From: Acidobacteria bacterium AH-259-O06
GTDB lineage: Bacteria; Acidobacteriota; UBA6911; RPQK01; JADFOI01
Direction: 5' to 3'
Assembly (NCBI GenBank): GCA_027717865.1
Contig: JALLOM010000001.1
Span: 1 to 48,578, forward strand
DNA length: 48,578 bases
The notes under the pieces are model-generated. The model was given only the letters and a program-made list of their open reading frames with translations. It searched no databases and was not told where the DNA came from. Below, piece by piece: positions 27,788-37,011 of this stretch (its first letter is position 1; each line of letters opens with the position of its first letter). Both the position numbers and the translations under genes were made by a program.

Positions 27788-28237
27788 ATGAACATCAAAG
27801 AGATCAGAGAACTGATCGAGTTGATCGAAGGATCAGCTATTGAAGAATTCGAGATGGAGAGATCCGGCGTACGAATACGCATCAGGAAAACGCTCCCCGC
27901 TCCAAGAGCAGGAATTGTGGAATCGGCACAGCAAACTTCAACTGACACCTCAGAGAAGACCCCTACCGAGGAGCCACCGAAGAAAGACGAAGAAAACTAC
28001 CTCTTTAAGGCCCCCATCGTGGGAACCTTCTATATTACCCCTAAACCGGATGCCCAACCCTATGTCAAAGTGGGAGATCATGTTACCAAGGGTACTGTCT
28101 TATGCACTATTGAAGCTATGAAAATTTTCAACCAAATTGAATGCGATATAGAAGGAGAAATCATCAAAATCCTGGTCGAGAATGGGCAACCCGTCGAGTA
28201 TGGCCAACCTTTGTGTGAAATCCGGCTGACAAGCTGA
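27788..28237 (+). CDS. accB: Acetyl-CoA carboxylase biotin carboxyl carrier protein
   Basis: 149 aa with the biotinylation motif IEAMKIFN. Followed by accC. Confidence 0.93.
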   Translation: MNIKEIRELIELIEGSAIEEFEMERSGVRIRIRKTLPAPRAGIVESAQQTSTDTSEKTPTEEPPKKDEENYLFKAPIVGTFYITPKPDAQPYVKVGDHVTKGTVLCTIEAMKIFNQIECDIEGEIIKILVENGQPVEYGQPLCEIRLTS

Positions 28238-28241
28238 ACCC

Positions 28242-29579
28242 ATGTTCAGAAAAGTTCTTATTGCGAATCGTGGTGAGATCGCTCTGCGCATCATCTGTGC
28301 CTGCAAGGAATTGCAGGTACGGACAGTAGCGGTCTACTCGGAAGCAGACCGCCACTGTGTTCACGTCCGCTTTTCTGACGAAGCCGTTTGCATTGGACCC
28401 GCCAAGAGTTACGAAAGCTATCTGAACATCCCTAGTATCATCAGCGCAGCGGAAATAACTAACGTGGATGCCATCCATCCAGGATATGGCTACCTGGCTG
28501 AAAGCTCCTATTTTGCGGAGGTGTGTGAAACATGTGGCATCAAATTCATCGGCCCTCCTCCAGCCGTGATCGAACTCATGGGAGATAAGGTACTCGCTAA
28601 AAAGAAAATGTGCGAAGCAGGTCTACCCATCATTCCCGGCACCGGCATTATCAAGGACACAGGTGCGGAACTGGAGGGGATTGCCGAAGAGGTGGGTTAT
28701 CCCCTGATCATCAAAGCGGTCGCAGGAGGAGGAGGACGAGGAATGCGAGTGGTGACCAAATCCGAGCAGCTGCGTAATGCCCTGGCAACCGCCCAATCAG
28801 AGGCTGAGAGCGCGTTTGGCAGCTCCGATGTCTACATCGAGCGCTATCTGGACAACCCTCGCCATATTGAGTTTCAGATTCTGGGGGACCAGCACGGTAA
28901 TGTTGTTCACTTGGGAGAACGTGAATGCTCCATTCAACGCCGGCACCAAAAGCTGATCGAAGAATCTCCAAGCCCCATTGTCTCCGAGGAACTCCGACAG
29001 GACTTGGGCCAGAGGGTGGTTCAAGCAATGAAAGCGATCAACTATCAAAATACTGGGACGGTAGAATTTCTTTTTGACCAAGAAGATCACTACTACTTCA
29101 TAGAAATGAACACTCGAGTTCAAGTGGAGCATCCAGTCACGGAGATGGTTACAGGATTGGACATCGTCAAGGAACAATTGCGCATTGCAGCTGGGGAGAA
29201 GCTGGGCTTTGCCCAGCAGGATGTCCTTTTCCGTGGACACAGTCTAGAATGCCGGATCAATGCGGAGTGCCCGGAAACCTTTGCACCCTCTCCCGGCAAG
29301 ATCACTGCCTACCATCCGCCGGGCGGTCCCGGCATTCGAATCGATTCTGCTGCTTACACTGACTATGTGGTTTCCCCCCACTACGATTCCTTGATCGCCA
29401 AGCTGATTGCATATGGCGTCAACCGACAAGAAGCTCTGGCCCGCTTGAATCGAGCTTTAGATTTGTTCGTCATAGAAGGTATTGAAACCAGCATTCCGCT
29501 GCATAAGAAAATCATCAACCATCCCGATTTCATCAAAGGCCAATTTGGCACTTCGTTCTTAGGTCAACTGCGTTCTTAA
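28242..29579 (+). CDS. accC: Acetyl-CoA carboxylase biotin carboxylase subunit
   Basis: 445 aa. [19 protein letters not shown]-terminus, ATP-grasp, [13 protein letters not shown]. Confidence 0.96.
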   Translation: MFRKVLIANRGEIALRIICACKELQVRTVAVYSEADRHCVHVRFSDEAVCIGPAKSYESYLNIPSIISAAEITNVDAIHPGYGYLAESSYFAEVCETCGIKFIGPPPAVIELMGDKVLAKKKMCEAGLPIIPGTGIIKDTGAELEGIAEEVGYPLIIKAVAGGGGRGMRVVTKSEQLRNALATAQSEAESAFGSSDVYIERYLDNPRHIEFQILGDQHGNVVHLGERECSIQRRHQKLIEESPSPIVSEELRQDLGQRVVQAMKAINYQNTGTVEFLFDQEDHYYFIEMNTRVQVEHPVTEMVTGLDIVKEQLRIAAGEKLGFAQQDVLFRGHSLECRINAECPETFAPSPGKITAYHPPGGPGIRIDSAAYTDYVVSPHYDSLIAKLIAYGVNRQEALARLNRALDLFVIEGIETSIPLHKKIINHPDFIKGQFGTSFLGQLRS

Positions 29580-29589
29580 ACTCGGGCTC

Positions 29590-30960
29590 ATGAGAGAAAA
29601 TCGTTCCAACCGAGGTGTTTGGGGATCAAAAATTGGATTCACCTTGGCGGCGGCAGGATCTGCCATCGGCTTGGGAAATATTTGGCTATTTCCGACAGTA
29701 GCGGGACAGAACGGCGGGGCTGCCTTCGTTTTAATTTATGTGGGTTGTGTGCTTCTAATTGGTGTTCCAGTTATGATCGCGGAGCTTTCTCTGGGTCGGA
29801 GAGCGCAAAGTGATCCGGTGGGTACCTTTAAATCGCTTGCCCCAAAAACATGGTGGAAAGCCGTGGGCGCCCTCGGAGTTTTTACCGGGTTCATGATCCT
29901 CAGTGCCTATACCGTAGTGGCGGGATGGACCGTGAAATATATTCTAATTACCGTTAGTGGCCAATTTGCCGGGGCCAATCCGGAAAGCATTGGGAGGATC
30001 TTTACAGAGTTTGTGGGAGATGGTTTCGCTGTCCTTTTGTATCACTTCGTCTTCATGGCGCTGACTGTCTGGATCGTCATTGGCGGTATTGAAAAAGGGA
30101 TCGAAAAAGCCACCAAGATCCTTATGCCGCTCCTGTTTGGTCTTCTCCTCCTTTTAGTTCTTCGTTCCGTCACGCTTCAGGGAGCCGTAGAGGGTGTGAC
30201 TTTTTATCTGTACCCGGATTTCAGCAAGGTCACTTTCGGCGTCATCATGGCTGCTCTGGGTCAGGCTTTTTTCTCCCTCAGTCTGGGGATGGGAGCCATG
30301 ATTACCTATGGAAGTTACCTTTCCAGAAATGACAATTTGGTCTCCAGTGCACTTTACGTCAGCCTTGCCGACACCCTGATTGCTTTCTTGGCCGGATTTG
30401 CCATCTTTCCGGCCCTTTTTTCGGTTTCCGGCCTCTCGCCGACAGAGGGCGCTTCGCTAATTTTTCTCGTCCTCCCCAACATCTTCAATGCGATCCCCCT
30501 GGGACAGCTGTTCGGGGCTGCTTTTTTCTTCCTCTTGGCCATTGCTGCTTTGACTTCAACCATTTCCCTTCTTGAAGTGGTAGTGGCCTATTTGATTGAC
30601 CAGCTGCAATGGCAGAGAAAGCTGGCGGCTTTACTGGTGGGCTCTTCCGCTTTCCTGTTGGGAATCCCCAGTGCACTGAGCAATGGCTCAGTCAGCTTCC
30701 TTTCCCAATTGTGGAAGTCCAGCCAAGAGACACTCTCATTGATGGACCTGGTCTTTCTTTACTTTGGGAAGATTTCTCTGGCAGTCGGAGCCCTTTTAAT
30801 CTGCCTTTTTGTGGGCTGGAAGTGGGGTATTCGCAGTGCCCTGAAAGAGATTCGCTCCGGTTATCCCTCCTTTGCACTGGCACCGCTCTGGACCTTTTTA
30901 GTTCGCTATGCGTGTCCGGTTGCTATCGCCATCATCCTAGCCAGCTATTTTAGATCTTGA
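29590..30960 (+). CDS. Sodium-dependent transporter, neurotransmitter:sodium symporter (NSS/SNF) family
   Basis: 456 aa with about 11-12 TM helices. N-terminal NSS signature AAGSAIGLGNIWLFP. Confidence 0.88.
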   Translation: MRENRSNRGVWGSKIGFTLAAAGSAIGLGNIWLFPTVAGQNGGAAFVLIYVGCVLLIGVPVMIAELSLGRRAQSDPVGTFKSLAPKTWWKAVGALGVFTGFMILSAYTVVAGWTVKYILITVSGQFAGANPESIGRIFTEFVGDGFAVLLYHFVFMALTVWIVIGGIEKGIEKATKILMPLLFGLLLLLVLRSVTLQGAVEGVTFYLYPDFSKVTFGVIMAALGQAFFSLSLGMGAMITYGSYLSRNDNLVSSALYVSLADTLIAFLAGFAIFPALFSVSGLSPTEGASLIFLVLPNIFNAIPLGQLFGAAFFFLLAIAALTSTISLLEVVVAYLIDQLQWQRKLAALLVGSSAFLLGIPSALSNGSVSFLSQLWKSSQETLSLMDLVFLYFGKISLAVGALLICLFVGWKWGIRSALKEIRSGYPSFALAPLWTFLVRYACPVAIAIILASYFRS

Positions 30961-31598
30961 TGCAACACCTCCAGCTGGGAAAGCTATATCCCATTACCGA
31001 TTCCAAGAACCTCAATGGTCTCAGTCATACCGAGTTGGCCAGTCATTTTCTTCACGCAGGCGTGCGTTTTTTCCAGGTGCGTGAAAAGAGCCTTTCCGAT
31101 TCCCTACTGTACGAACAACTCCTCAAGATCAAAACTCTGTGTGAGCCTCTGGGAGCTCAATTTCTGATCAATGATCGGGTGGATCTCGCTTTAGCTGTAG
31201 GAGCAAACGGGGTTCATCTGGGCCAAGACGATCTACCGGTCAAAGTGGCACGCAGGTTGTTAGGAAAGGATGCCATCATCGGCCTTTCCACGCACAATCG
31301 CCGCCAATTTCTACAAGCTCAGTCCCAAGATATCGACTACGTCGCCATCGGGCCCGTTTTCTCCACCTCCACAAAACAGACGAAAGATCCACCCTTTGGG
31401 GTCGATGCTCTCCGGGGGCTGATCCCGGAGAGTCAGCACCCAGTGGTGGCGATCGGAGGAATCTCTTTGCAAAAGGCTCCTGAGGTGTGGGCAACAGGTG
31501 CGTATTCAGTGGCAGTGATTTCCGATATTTTGAATTGCCCCCATCCAGCGGGTCGGCTGTCCCAGTATCTAGCCTTAGCCAAGGAGAGTAACGAGTGA
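30960..31598 (+). CDS. thiE: Thiamine-phosphate synthase
   Basis: LYPITD, FQVREK and INDRVDLALAVGANGVHLGQDDL motifs. The ATG at 30960 overlaps the upstream TGA (TGATG). The thiE stop overlaps the next GTG start (GTGA). Confidence 0.9.
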   Translation: MQHLQLGKLYPITDSKNLNGLSHTELASHFLHAGVRFFQVREKSLSDSLLYEQLLKIKTLCEPLGAQFLINDRVDLALAVGANGVHLGQDDLPVKVARRLLGKDAIIGLSTHNRRQFLQAQSQDIDYVAIGPVFSTSTKQTKDPPFGVDALRGLIPESQHPVVAIGGISLQKAPEVWATGAYSVAVISDILNCPHPAGRLSQYLALAKESNE

Positions 31599-33052
31599 GC
31601 GCCAAGGAGCAATTTACCTCTCGCTGGGGGTTGATTATTTCGGTGATTGGTATTGCCGTCGGCACAGGAAACATCTGGAGGTTTCCCCGTATTGCTGCTG
31701 CCAATGGAGGAGGGGCTTTCCTGTTACCTTGGATAATCTTCCTCTTTCTTTGGAGCATCCCCTTGATCATGACTGAGTTTGCCATGGGCAAACTGACCCG
31801 TTACGGCACTATTGGCTCTTTCGCAGTGGTCATGGGGAAAAGATTTGCCTGGATGGGGTCCTTTGTCGGTTTCGTCGCCACCGCGATCATGTTCTACTAT
31901 TCGGTTGTCGCGGGATGGTGTATTCGTTATCTTTTCCTGGCGGGCACCGGGCAGCTGCTGCAGGCGACCGACCACGAGATCACCTGGACTACCTTTGTCG
32001 AATCAGGCTGGCAGCCCATTCTTTTCCACTTCATCGCCATCTCGATTGGAGCGTTTGTTGTTCAACGGGGTGTGGTCAATGGAATTGAAAAGGCAAATCG
32101 CTTTCTGATTCCTGTTTTGTTAGGTGTGATCATCGTTTCGGCCATTCGTGCTGTCACTTTACCTGGCGCGTCCCAAGGTTTGGCTTACCTCTTTACCCCC
32201 GATTTCAATGCTCTACTGGACTACAGAGTCTGGCTGCAGGCGTTGACCCAAAACGCCTGGGACACTGGTGCGGGCTGGGGATTGATTCTGACTTATTCAG
32301 TTTACATGCGGGAAAGAGAGGATGTGCCGCTCAATGCGGCGCTGATCGGATTGGGCAATAATTCTGTCTCGCTACTGGCTGCCATCACAGTTTTCTCAAC
32401 AGCTTTTGCCATGATTCCCGATCAGGCGGCGGAAGTAATTAGCAGGCCGGGTCCCGCCAACACCGGCCTGACCTTCATCTGGATTCCACGGCTCTTCGCC
32501 CAAATGCCAGGTGGCACCTTGTTCTCCGCCTTCTTCTTCCTGGCGCTGACATTTGCCGCCTTGAGTTCATTGATCTCTATGATCGAGCTTTCCACCCGCA
32601 TACTGATGGACATGAAAATGGCCCGCCGTTCTGCTCTGCTGACCGTCTATGCGACGACCTTAGTACTTGGTATCCCCTCGGCACTGAGTCTGGATTTCTT
32701 TCTCAATCAGGATTGGACATGGGGAATTGCACTAATGGTCAGTGGCGCCTTCATTGCAATCGCCGTCCTGAAGTTTGGCGTCGAACGCTTTCGAACCACG
32801 CAGATCAATTCCTCGGGCAGTGATATCCAAATCGGAAGGTGGTACAATCACGTGATCCGCTACGCCATTCCCGCACAAGTGATTATTTTGATCACCTGGT
32901 GGTTTACCCAGGTGATTCAGGCTGATCCCGACAAATGGTGGAAATTCTTTGCCACAGAATCGGTGGGGACATGTCTCCTTCAATGGACCCTTGCCATCTT
33001 GGTGTTTGTGACCTTCAATCATATTATCGCGGAAAGGACACTTCAGAAGTGA
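31595..33052 (+). CDS. Sodium-dependent transporter, NSS/SNF family (second paralogue, MetP-like context)
   Basis: 485 aa, polytopic, with the NSS signature GIAVGTGNIWRFPRIAA. Followed by an overlapping micro-ORF typical of two-component NSS importers. Confidence 0.88.
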   Translation: MSAKEQFTSRWGLIISVIGIAVGTGNIWRFPRIAAANGGGAFLLPWIIFLFLWSIPLIMTEFAMGKLTRYGTIGSFAVVMGKRFAWMGSFVGFVATAIMFYYSVVAGWCIRYLFLAGTGQLLQATDHEITWTTFVESGWQPILFHFIAISIGAFVVQRGVVNGIEKANRFLIPVLLGVIIVSAIRAVTLPGASQGLAYLFTPDFNALLDYRVWLQALTQNAWDTGAGWGLILTYSVYMREREDVPLNAALIGLGNNSVSLLAAITVFSTAFAMIPDQAAEVISRPGPANTGLTFIWIPRLFAQMPGGTLFSAFFFLALTFAALSSLISMIELSTRILMDMKMARRSALLTVYATTLVLGIPSALSLDFFLNQDWTWGIALMVSGAFIAIAVLKFGVERFRTTQINSSGSDIQIGRWYNHVIRYAIPAQVIILITWWFTQVIQADPDKWWKFFATESVGTCLLQWTLAILVFVTFNHIIAERTLQK

Positions 33053-33159
33053 ACACCCTGACAATCCTGGTTATGATCCTTGTCATGAGTATCCTCTGGG
33101 GAGGATTCCTTTTCTGCCTTATCACCGCGCTTCGCAAGGAGAAGCAGAAGCAGCGATAG
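33049..33159 (+). CDS. 36-aa single-TM micro-protein, candidate MetS-like small subunit of the NSS transporter
   Basis: The GTG start overlaps the transporter stop (GTGA). Sequence VNTLTILVMILVMSILWGGFLFCLITALRKEKQKQR is a hydrophobic helix with a WGG motif followed by a basic tail. Not a separate entry in the ORF track; it is the C-terminal part of the 32935..33159 ORF. Confidence 0.55.
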   Translation: MNTLTILVMILVMSILWGGFLFCLITALRKEKQKQR

Positions 33160-33170
33160 AGCACTCCCCC

Positions 33171-33761
33171 ATGAACCTGCTGTTGTTTCAAACCCGCCGC
33201 GGACATGCTTACCCCGTGATCGAAACACCTCCACGTTCCAGCACAAGTGCTGCGGAAGACTCGGGAAGATTGAGCCAGATCAAAAAAGGAGTCTACCAGG
33301 CTTACCGGAATCTCAGGAATAAACTCGATTACCAGGAAAGACTTTGCTCTCAACTGCGACGCGCTGTTAACTTACGAGTTTACCATCCTTCCACTATGGA
33401 CACAGTTGAGGCACAAAAAAAGCTTCGCGATTTCCTCAGGTTTCGTTACAGTAAACATAGCCGTTGGCTTTGGATTGACGCTGTTTTGGCCTTCCTGGGG
33501 ATTTTTTTCACGCCAGTTCCTGGTCCGAACATCTTCTTTTTTTACCCGGCGGCTCGCACTCTCGGACACTATTTTGCCCGAGAAGGCGCTAAACACATTC
33601 TGAGCCTTGATACACTATGCTTTCAAAGTGATTCCCTGATGGATGAAATTCAAAATAACCTGGAGAGGCTTGAAAATGTGTCAGATGTACTTGGCAAATT
33701 GGAAGAGTGTTACAACCTGCAAAACCTTGAAGCATTCCTGACCCGTCTCAAAGAAAGATGA
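33171..33761 (+). CDS. Hypothetical protein with a central membrane hairpin
   Basis: 196-aa ORF tightly packed between neighbours (ATGA overlap with the downstream regulator). Hydrophobic segment WLWIDAVLAFLGIFFTPVPGPNIFFFYPAA. No family confidently recognised. Confidence 0.5.
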   Translation: MNLLLFQTRRGHAYPVIETPPRSSTSAAEDSGRLSQIKKGVYQAYRNLRNKLDYQERLCSQLRRAVNLRVYHPSTMDTVEAQKKLRDFLRFRYSKHSRWLWIDAVLAFLGIFFTPVPGPNIFFFYPAARTLGHYFAREGAKHILSLDTLCFQSDSLMDEIQNNLERLENVSDVLGKLEECYNLQNLEAFLTRLKER

Positions 33762-34444
33762 AAAACAACCAAGATTTCCTCAGACAGGTCGCCATTTTTG
33801 CTCCTCTTGCCGATGCGGAAATGGAATCGGTAGCCCAAATGTTCAAGGAACGCCGTTATAAGAGGAATGAGATCATATTCGTTGAGGAAGATACGGGCAA
33901 ATACATGTATGTTGTTAAGGAAGGACGCGTGAAGGTTTCCCGAATACTGCCTAATGGAAGGGAAACCATTTTGACCTTCCACGAGGCCGGCGACTATTTT
34001 GGCGAAATGTCTCTTATTGACGGAGAAACCGCTCCCGCCACCGTGACAGCCGTTGTCCCTACCACTATCCTCTTTATCACCCACCGCGACTTTTCACTTC
34101 TGCTCGAGAACCCGAAGGTCAATCGTACACTCCTGGAAATGCTGTGCAAACGCTGTCGCGACGCCTGGGTCCAGATCTCGGTTCTGACTTTTCACCATGC
34201 CGATGCCAGGATTCGCGCCGTGCTCTATCATCTGTGCCAAAAGCACGGCAGGAAGACCAATCGTGGGACCAGGATTAACCTTCATCTCACCCATCGTGAA
34301 TTGTCTGAGATGGCCGGTATATCCCGCGAAACGGCAACCAGGGTGCTGGGACAATTACAAAGTGAAGAGGTTGTAGCCGTCGAGGAAGGTCATTTCCTGA
34401 TCTCAGATCCTGAGAAACTTGTACAACCTCTCCTCTTCGAGTGA
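33758..34444 (+). CDS. Crp/Fnr-family transcriptional regulator (cNMP-binding domain plus C-terminal HTH)
   Basis: 228 aa. Cyclic-nucleotide-binding fold (FGEMSLIDGETAPATVTA) and HTH (LTHRELSEMAGISRETATRVLGQL). No N-terminal Fnr-type Cys cluster. Confidence 0.88.
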   Translation: MKNNQDFLRQVAIFAPLADAEMESVAQMFKERRYKRNEIIFVEEDTGKYMYVVKEGRVKVSRILPNGRETILTFHEAGDYFGEMSLIDGETAPATVTAVVPTTILFITHRDFSLLLENPKVNRTLLEMLCKRCRDAWVQISVLTFHHADARIRAVLYHLCQKHGRKTNRGTRINLHLTHRELSEMAGISRETATRVLGQLQSEEVVAVEEGHFLISDPEKLVQPLLFE

Positions 34445-34494
34445 AGAAAACCTCTTCAGTCACTCCTTGGCAACCTTCAATTCTTCTGCCTTTG

Positions 34495-34510
34495 TGTGAT
34501 GGTCGTCACC
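34495..34510. promoter_or_regulatory. CRP-like operator candidate TGTGA-N6-TCACC
   Basis: TGTGATGGTCGTCACC matches 9 of 10 positions of the TGTGA-N6-TCACA consensus. Lies 50 nt downstream of the Crp/Fnr-family gene and 170 nt upstream of the 34681 ORF and minor-pilin string. Confidence 0.35.
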
Positions 34511-34680
34511 ACAGGGCTTTTTTCAGTCCCTGTAGAATGGTGACGTGAAGGCAACAAAACCAAGCCGGAACACCTGTTTAAGGCACGGATGAAAAAACCA
34601 TTTCTGACAACAAGACAATGGATCTTTCTTCATGTCTATAAAGATCCTGCAAAAAGTAGCCGATAGGTAGCCACACTCTT

Positions 34681-35235
34681 ATGCTAAGTAAATACTCGAA
34701 TCCGCGGCTGATGAGCTTTACGTTTTGGAGGAAACATCCCCGTCTCAACAGGCGGCGGTATCAGTTCATCGACAGAAAGCAGCAAATTCGCTTTGCTGTC
34801 GAGCTTGGGCTTCACGCGTTGCTCTTTCCTATGCTTTTTCTGATTCTGACGCTAGCATCCCCCCTCGCCACCGTGTTGGTTGGTGAGGACGCGGAACATG
34901 CGCAACCTCTGCTGCAGCTGTTTGTTGGATTCTGTCTGGAGCACTGGTGGGTAGTGCTTCTTGCTCTTGGCTTTGTCTCGTATGTCAGTGTTTTGTTCAG
35001 CCACCGGATTTTTGGTCCTATGCGTCGCTTTGAGAATGCTCTCCTGCAGAAGAAAAACAATCCCCTGGAACCGGTGCGTTGCAGCTTGCGGCAGGGCGAT
35101 TATTTCCACAAGTTTTCCAAGCTTTTTGAAGAGGTCTTGAACGGATCCCAGGCGGTTGAAGCTCCCGGGCAGATCGTGAAAAAAAAACACACCGGAGCCG
35201 AGGAGGTTCACCCCGGGGCCTCCGATGCAACTTGA
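34681..35235 (+). CDS. Two-TM membrane protein with a HAMP-like juxtamembrane segment and no output domain
   Basis: 184 aa with two hydrophobic helices. SHRIFGPMRRFENAL after TM2 resembles the HAMP/linker motif seen in sensor proteins. Confidence 0.5.
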   Translation: MLSKYSNPRLMSFTFWRKHPRLNRRRYQFIDRKQQIRFAVELGLHALLFPMLFLILTLASPLATVLVGEDAEHAQPLLQLFVGFCLEHWWVVLLALGFVSYVSVLFSHRIFGPMRRFENALLQKKNNPLEPVRCSLRQGDYFHKFSKLFEEVLNGSQAVEAPGQIVKKKHTGAEEVHPGASDAT

Positions 35236-35304
35236 AAGAACCTCTTTATTACTTTCTGTTCGGAGGGAAAAGGGGAGAGATCACGCTTGGAGGATTGGAG
35301 GGTT

Positions 35305-35775
35305 ATGAAACTCCAGTCTAACGGGGGATTTACTCTATTGGAACTGACGATAGTGGTTACCGTTGTGGTGGTTGTAGCGGCCATGGGGGTTCCATCGCTC
35401 CGACAGTCCTTAGCTGCCTATCGGCTCAGTGCTTCCGCCAACCTCGTGGCTGCGGAATTGAATGCTGCCCGGACCCTGGCTGTGTCAAGAGCCGGTGAGT
35501 GCCAAGTCACTCTGATCGACAACAACACGATACAAATCACCGATCCCAACACTACCCCCCCCAACAACCTCGATAAAGCTCCTCGAACAGCAAAAGACCT
35601 GGACTCACAAATTACCTTTACGGATAACACTGTCACGACTCTGGCTAACCCTAGCTCGGCAATTCACTTTTATGGTCGTGGACTTACCCGAGCGGGGGAA
35701 ATCGTACTTCAAAACGAATTTCTTGAGACCACCAAGATTACCGTGACGGCGGGGGGCAGGGTCAGGATTGAGTAA
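35305..35775 (+). CDS. GspH/FimT-family minor (pseudo)pilin
   Basis: Prepilin leader plus methylation motif MKLQSNG/GFTLLELTIV. Start moved to the ATG at 35305, preceded by GGAGGATTGGAGGG. AAELNAARTLAVSR is typical of the FimT/GspH fold. Confidence 0.8.
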   Translation: MKLQSNGGFTLLELTIVVTVVVVVAAMGVPSLRQSLAAYRLSASANLVAAELNAARTLAVSRAGECQVTLIDNNTIQITDPNTTPPNNLDKAPRTAKDLDSQITFTDNTVTTLANPSSAIHFYGRGLTRAGEIVLQNEFLETTKITVTAGGRVRIE

Positions 35776-35781
35776 AGAAAA

Positions 35782-36213
35782 ATGACAACCAAGAAGTCTT
35801 CTTCTCGAGGATTCACTCTAATCGAGAGTGTGATCGCCGTGGCTATTCTGGGGATTACAATGCTGGGGCTGATTCAGCTCTTCGCTGTTGCCATACGCCA
35901 AAACAGCTTTGTTCGCAATAACACGATGGCGGTAGTGCTAGCGCAGCAAAAGCTGGAAGAGCTCCAGACTGACTACAACAGACAGTTGGAGAACGGAACC
36001 CCGCCTGCTGCCTTGACCGGTGACTTGACGGCAGGACTGCATACGTCGGATCCCGTCACGCTGGAATCAGCCGGCGGCAACCGCCAGTTTCAGATAGAGT
36101 GGACGGCTACTCCGACCGGTTCATCCATAGAGGTCGAAGTCACAGTTTCTCCAGTAGTGGTCAATAACTTTGAAAGCAAGACTTTGAGGATGACTGCGGT
36201 CTTTTCCCCCTAG
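35782..36213 (+). CDS. pilV: PilV-like minor pilin
   Basis: 143 aa. Prepilin motif SRGFTLIESVIAVAILG followed by a conserved ...AVVLAQQKLEEL helix. Confidence 0.7.
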   Translation: MTTKKSSSRGFTLIESVIAVAILGITMLGLIQLFAVAIRQNSFVRNNTMAVVLAQQKLEELQTDYNRQLENGTPPAALTGDLTAGLHTSDPVTLESAGGNRQFQIEWTATPTGSSIEVEVTVSPVVVNNFESKTLRMTAVFSP

Positions 36214-36275
36214 GCTAAAGTCGCGAGGTGGATATTGGGAACTCCAGGCAGGATCACAATGAGGAGAGCAGAGGA

Positions 36276-36953
36276 ATGATCACCGGTGTGCAACAGAATC
36301 AAACAAATGCCCAATCCAGTCTAGAAAGCCGGGGCGTTACTCTCGTAGAAGCTTTAGTCGCCACTGTCGTACTCCTGCTCGTTGCAGGCGCGATTGTCAG
36401 CATCCTGTTTCAAAGCCAGAAATCCTATGCCGACCAGCACGATCTGATTGAGGCGAGCGAGATTGCCCGGGCTGCAATGAATCAGATCCAGTCATTTCTG
36501 CGTCAAGCGGGAAACGATCCTGAAAATATAGGATTCACTCCCATTACTCTTGACAATCCCAATCAGATCACTATCTATAGTGATGTCACTGGTTCGGTCA
36601 GCGAGGGCCCTCAGGCGAAGGGTGAACCTGACGCAAAACTGACCAGCCGGTATGAGCAAGTATCGATCCGTTACAATCCGCCCCCGAACAAACAGCTTTT
36701 CATTAACGTCAACGCCTACGACGCCACCAGCAGTGAAGAATTACTGGCGGAGAACATTGCTGATTTTGACCTGGAATACTACGACCTCCAAGGGAATACG
36801 ACTACAGATGGGAACAAGATCGCCCGGGTTCACATTAAAGTGGTAGCCGAAACCGGCAGTGCCGATCTACAAACGGGTAACGTGAAAGCGATCACTCTCG
36901 AATCGGCTGTGATGATACGAAGCCACTCCTATCAGATGTTTCAGTCACAGTAG
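36276..36953 (+). CDS. pilW: PilW-like minor pilin
   Basis: Prepilin-like motif SRGVTLVEALVATVVLLL. Start set to the ATG at 36276, preceded by GAGGA (the track start at 36228 is upstream). Confidence 0.65.
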   Translation: MITGVQQNQTNAQSSLESRGVTLVEALVATVVLLLVAGAIVSILFQSQKSYADQHDLIEASEIARAAMNQIQSFLRQAGNDPENIGFTPITLDNPNQITIYSDVTGSVSEGPQAKGEPDAKLTSRYEQVSIRYNPPPNKQLFINVNAYDATSSEELLAENIADFDLEYYDLQGNTTTDGNKIARVHIKVVAETGSADLQTGNVKAITLESAVMIRSHSYQMFQSQ

Positions 36954-37011
36954 CGGCGGAACTGAAGGTGGGACGTAAGCGCGATAGCAAGCGCGAAAAG
37001 GAGAAAGATCT

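Noticed and set aside
29580-30960. I looked for a TPP riboswitch upstream of thiE or the first NSS gene, and for an FMN riboswitch upstream of ribD (40097-40152).
   Set aside because: The spacers are only 10 nt and 56 nt, and the 56 nt is filled by a hairpin repeat. I saw no conserved riboswitch cores (for example the CUGAGA box of TPP elements).
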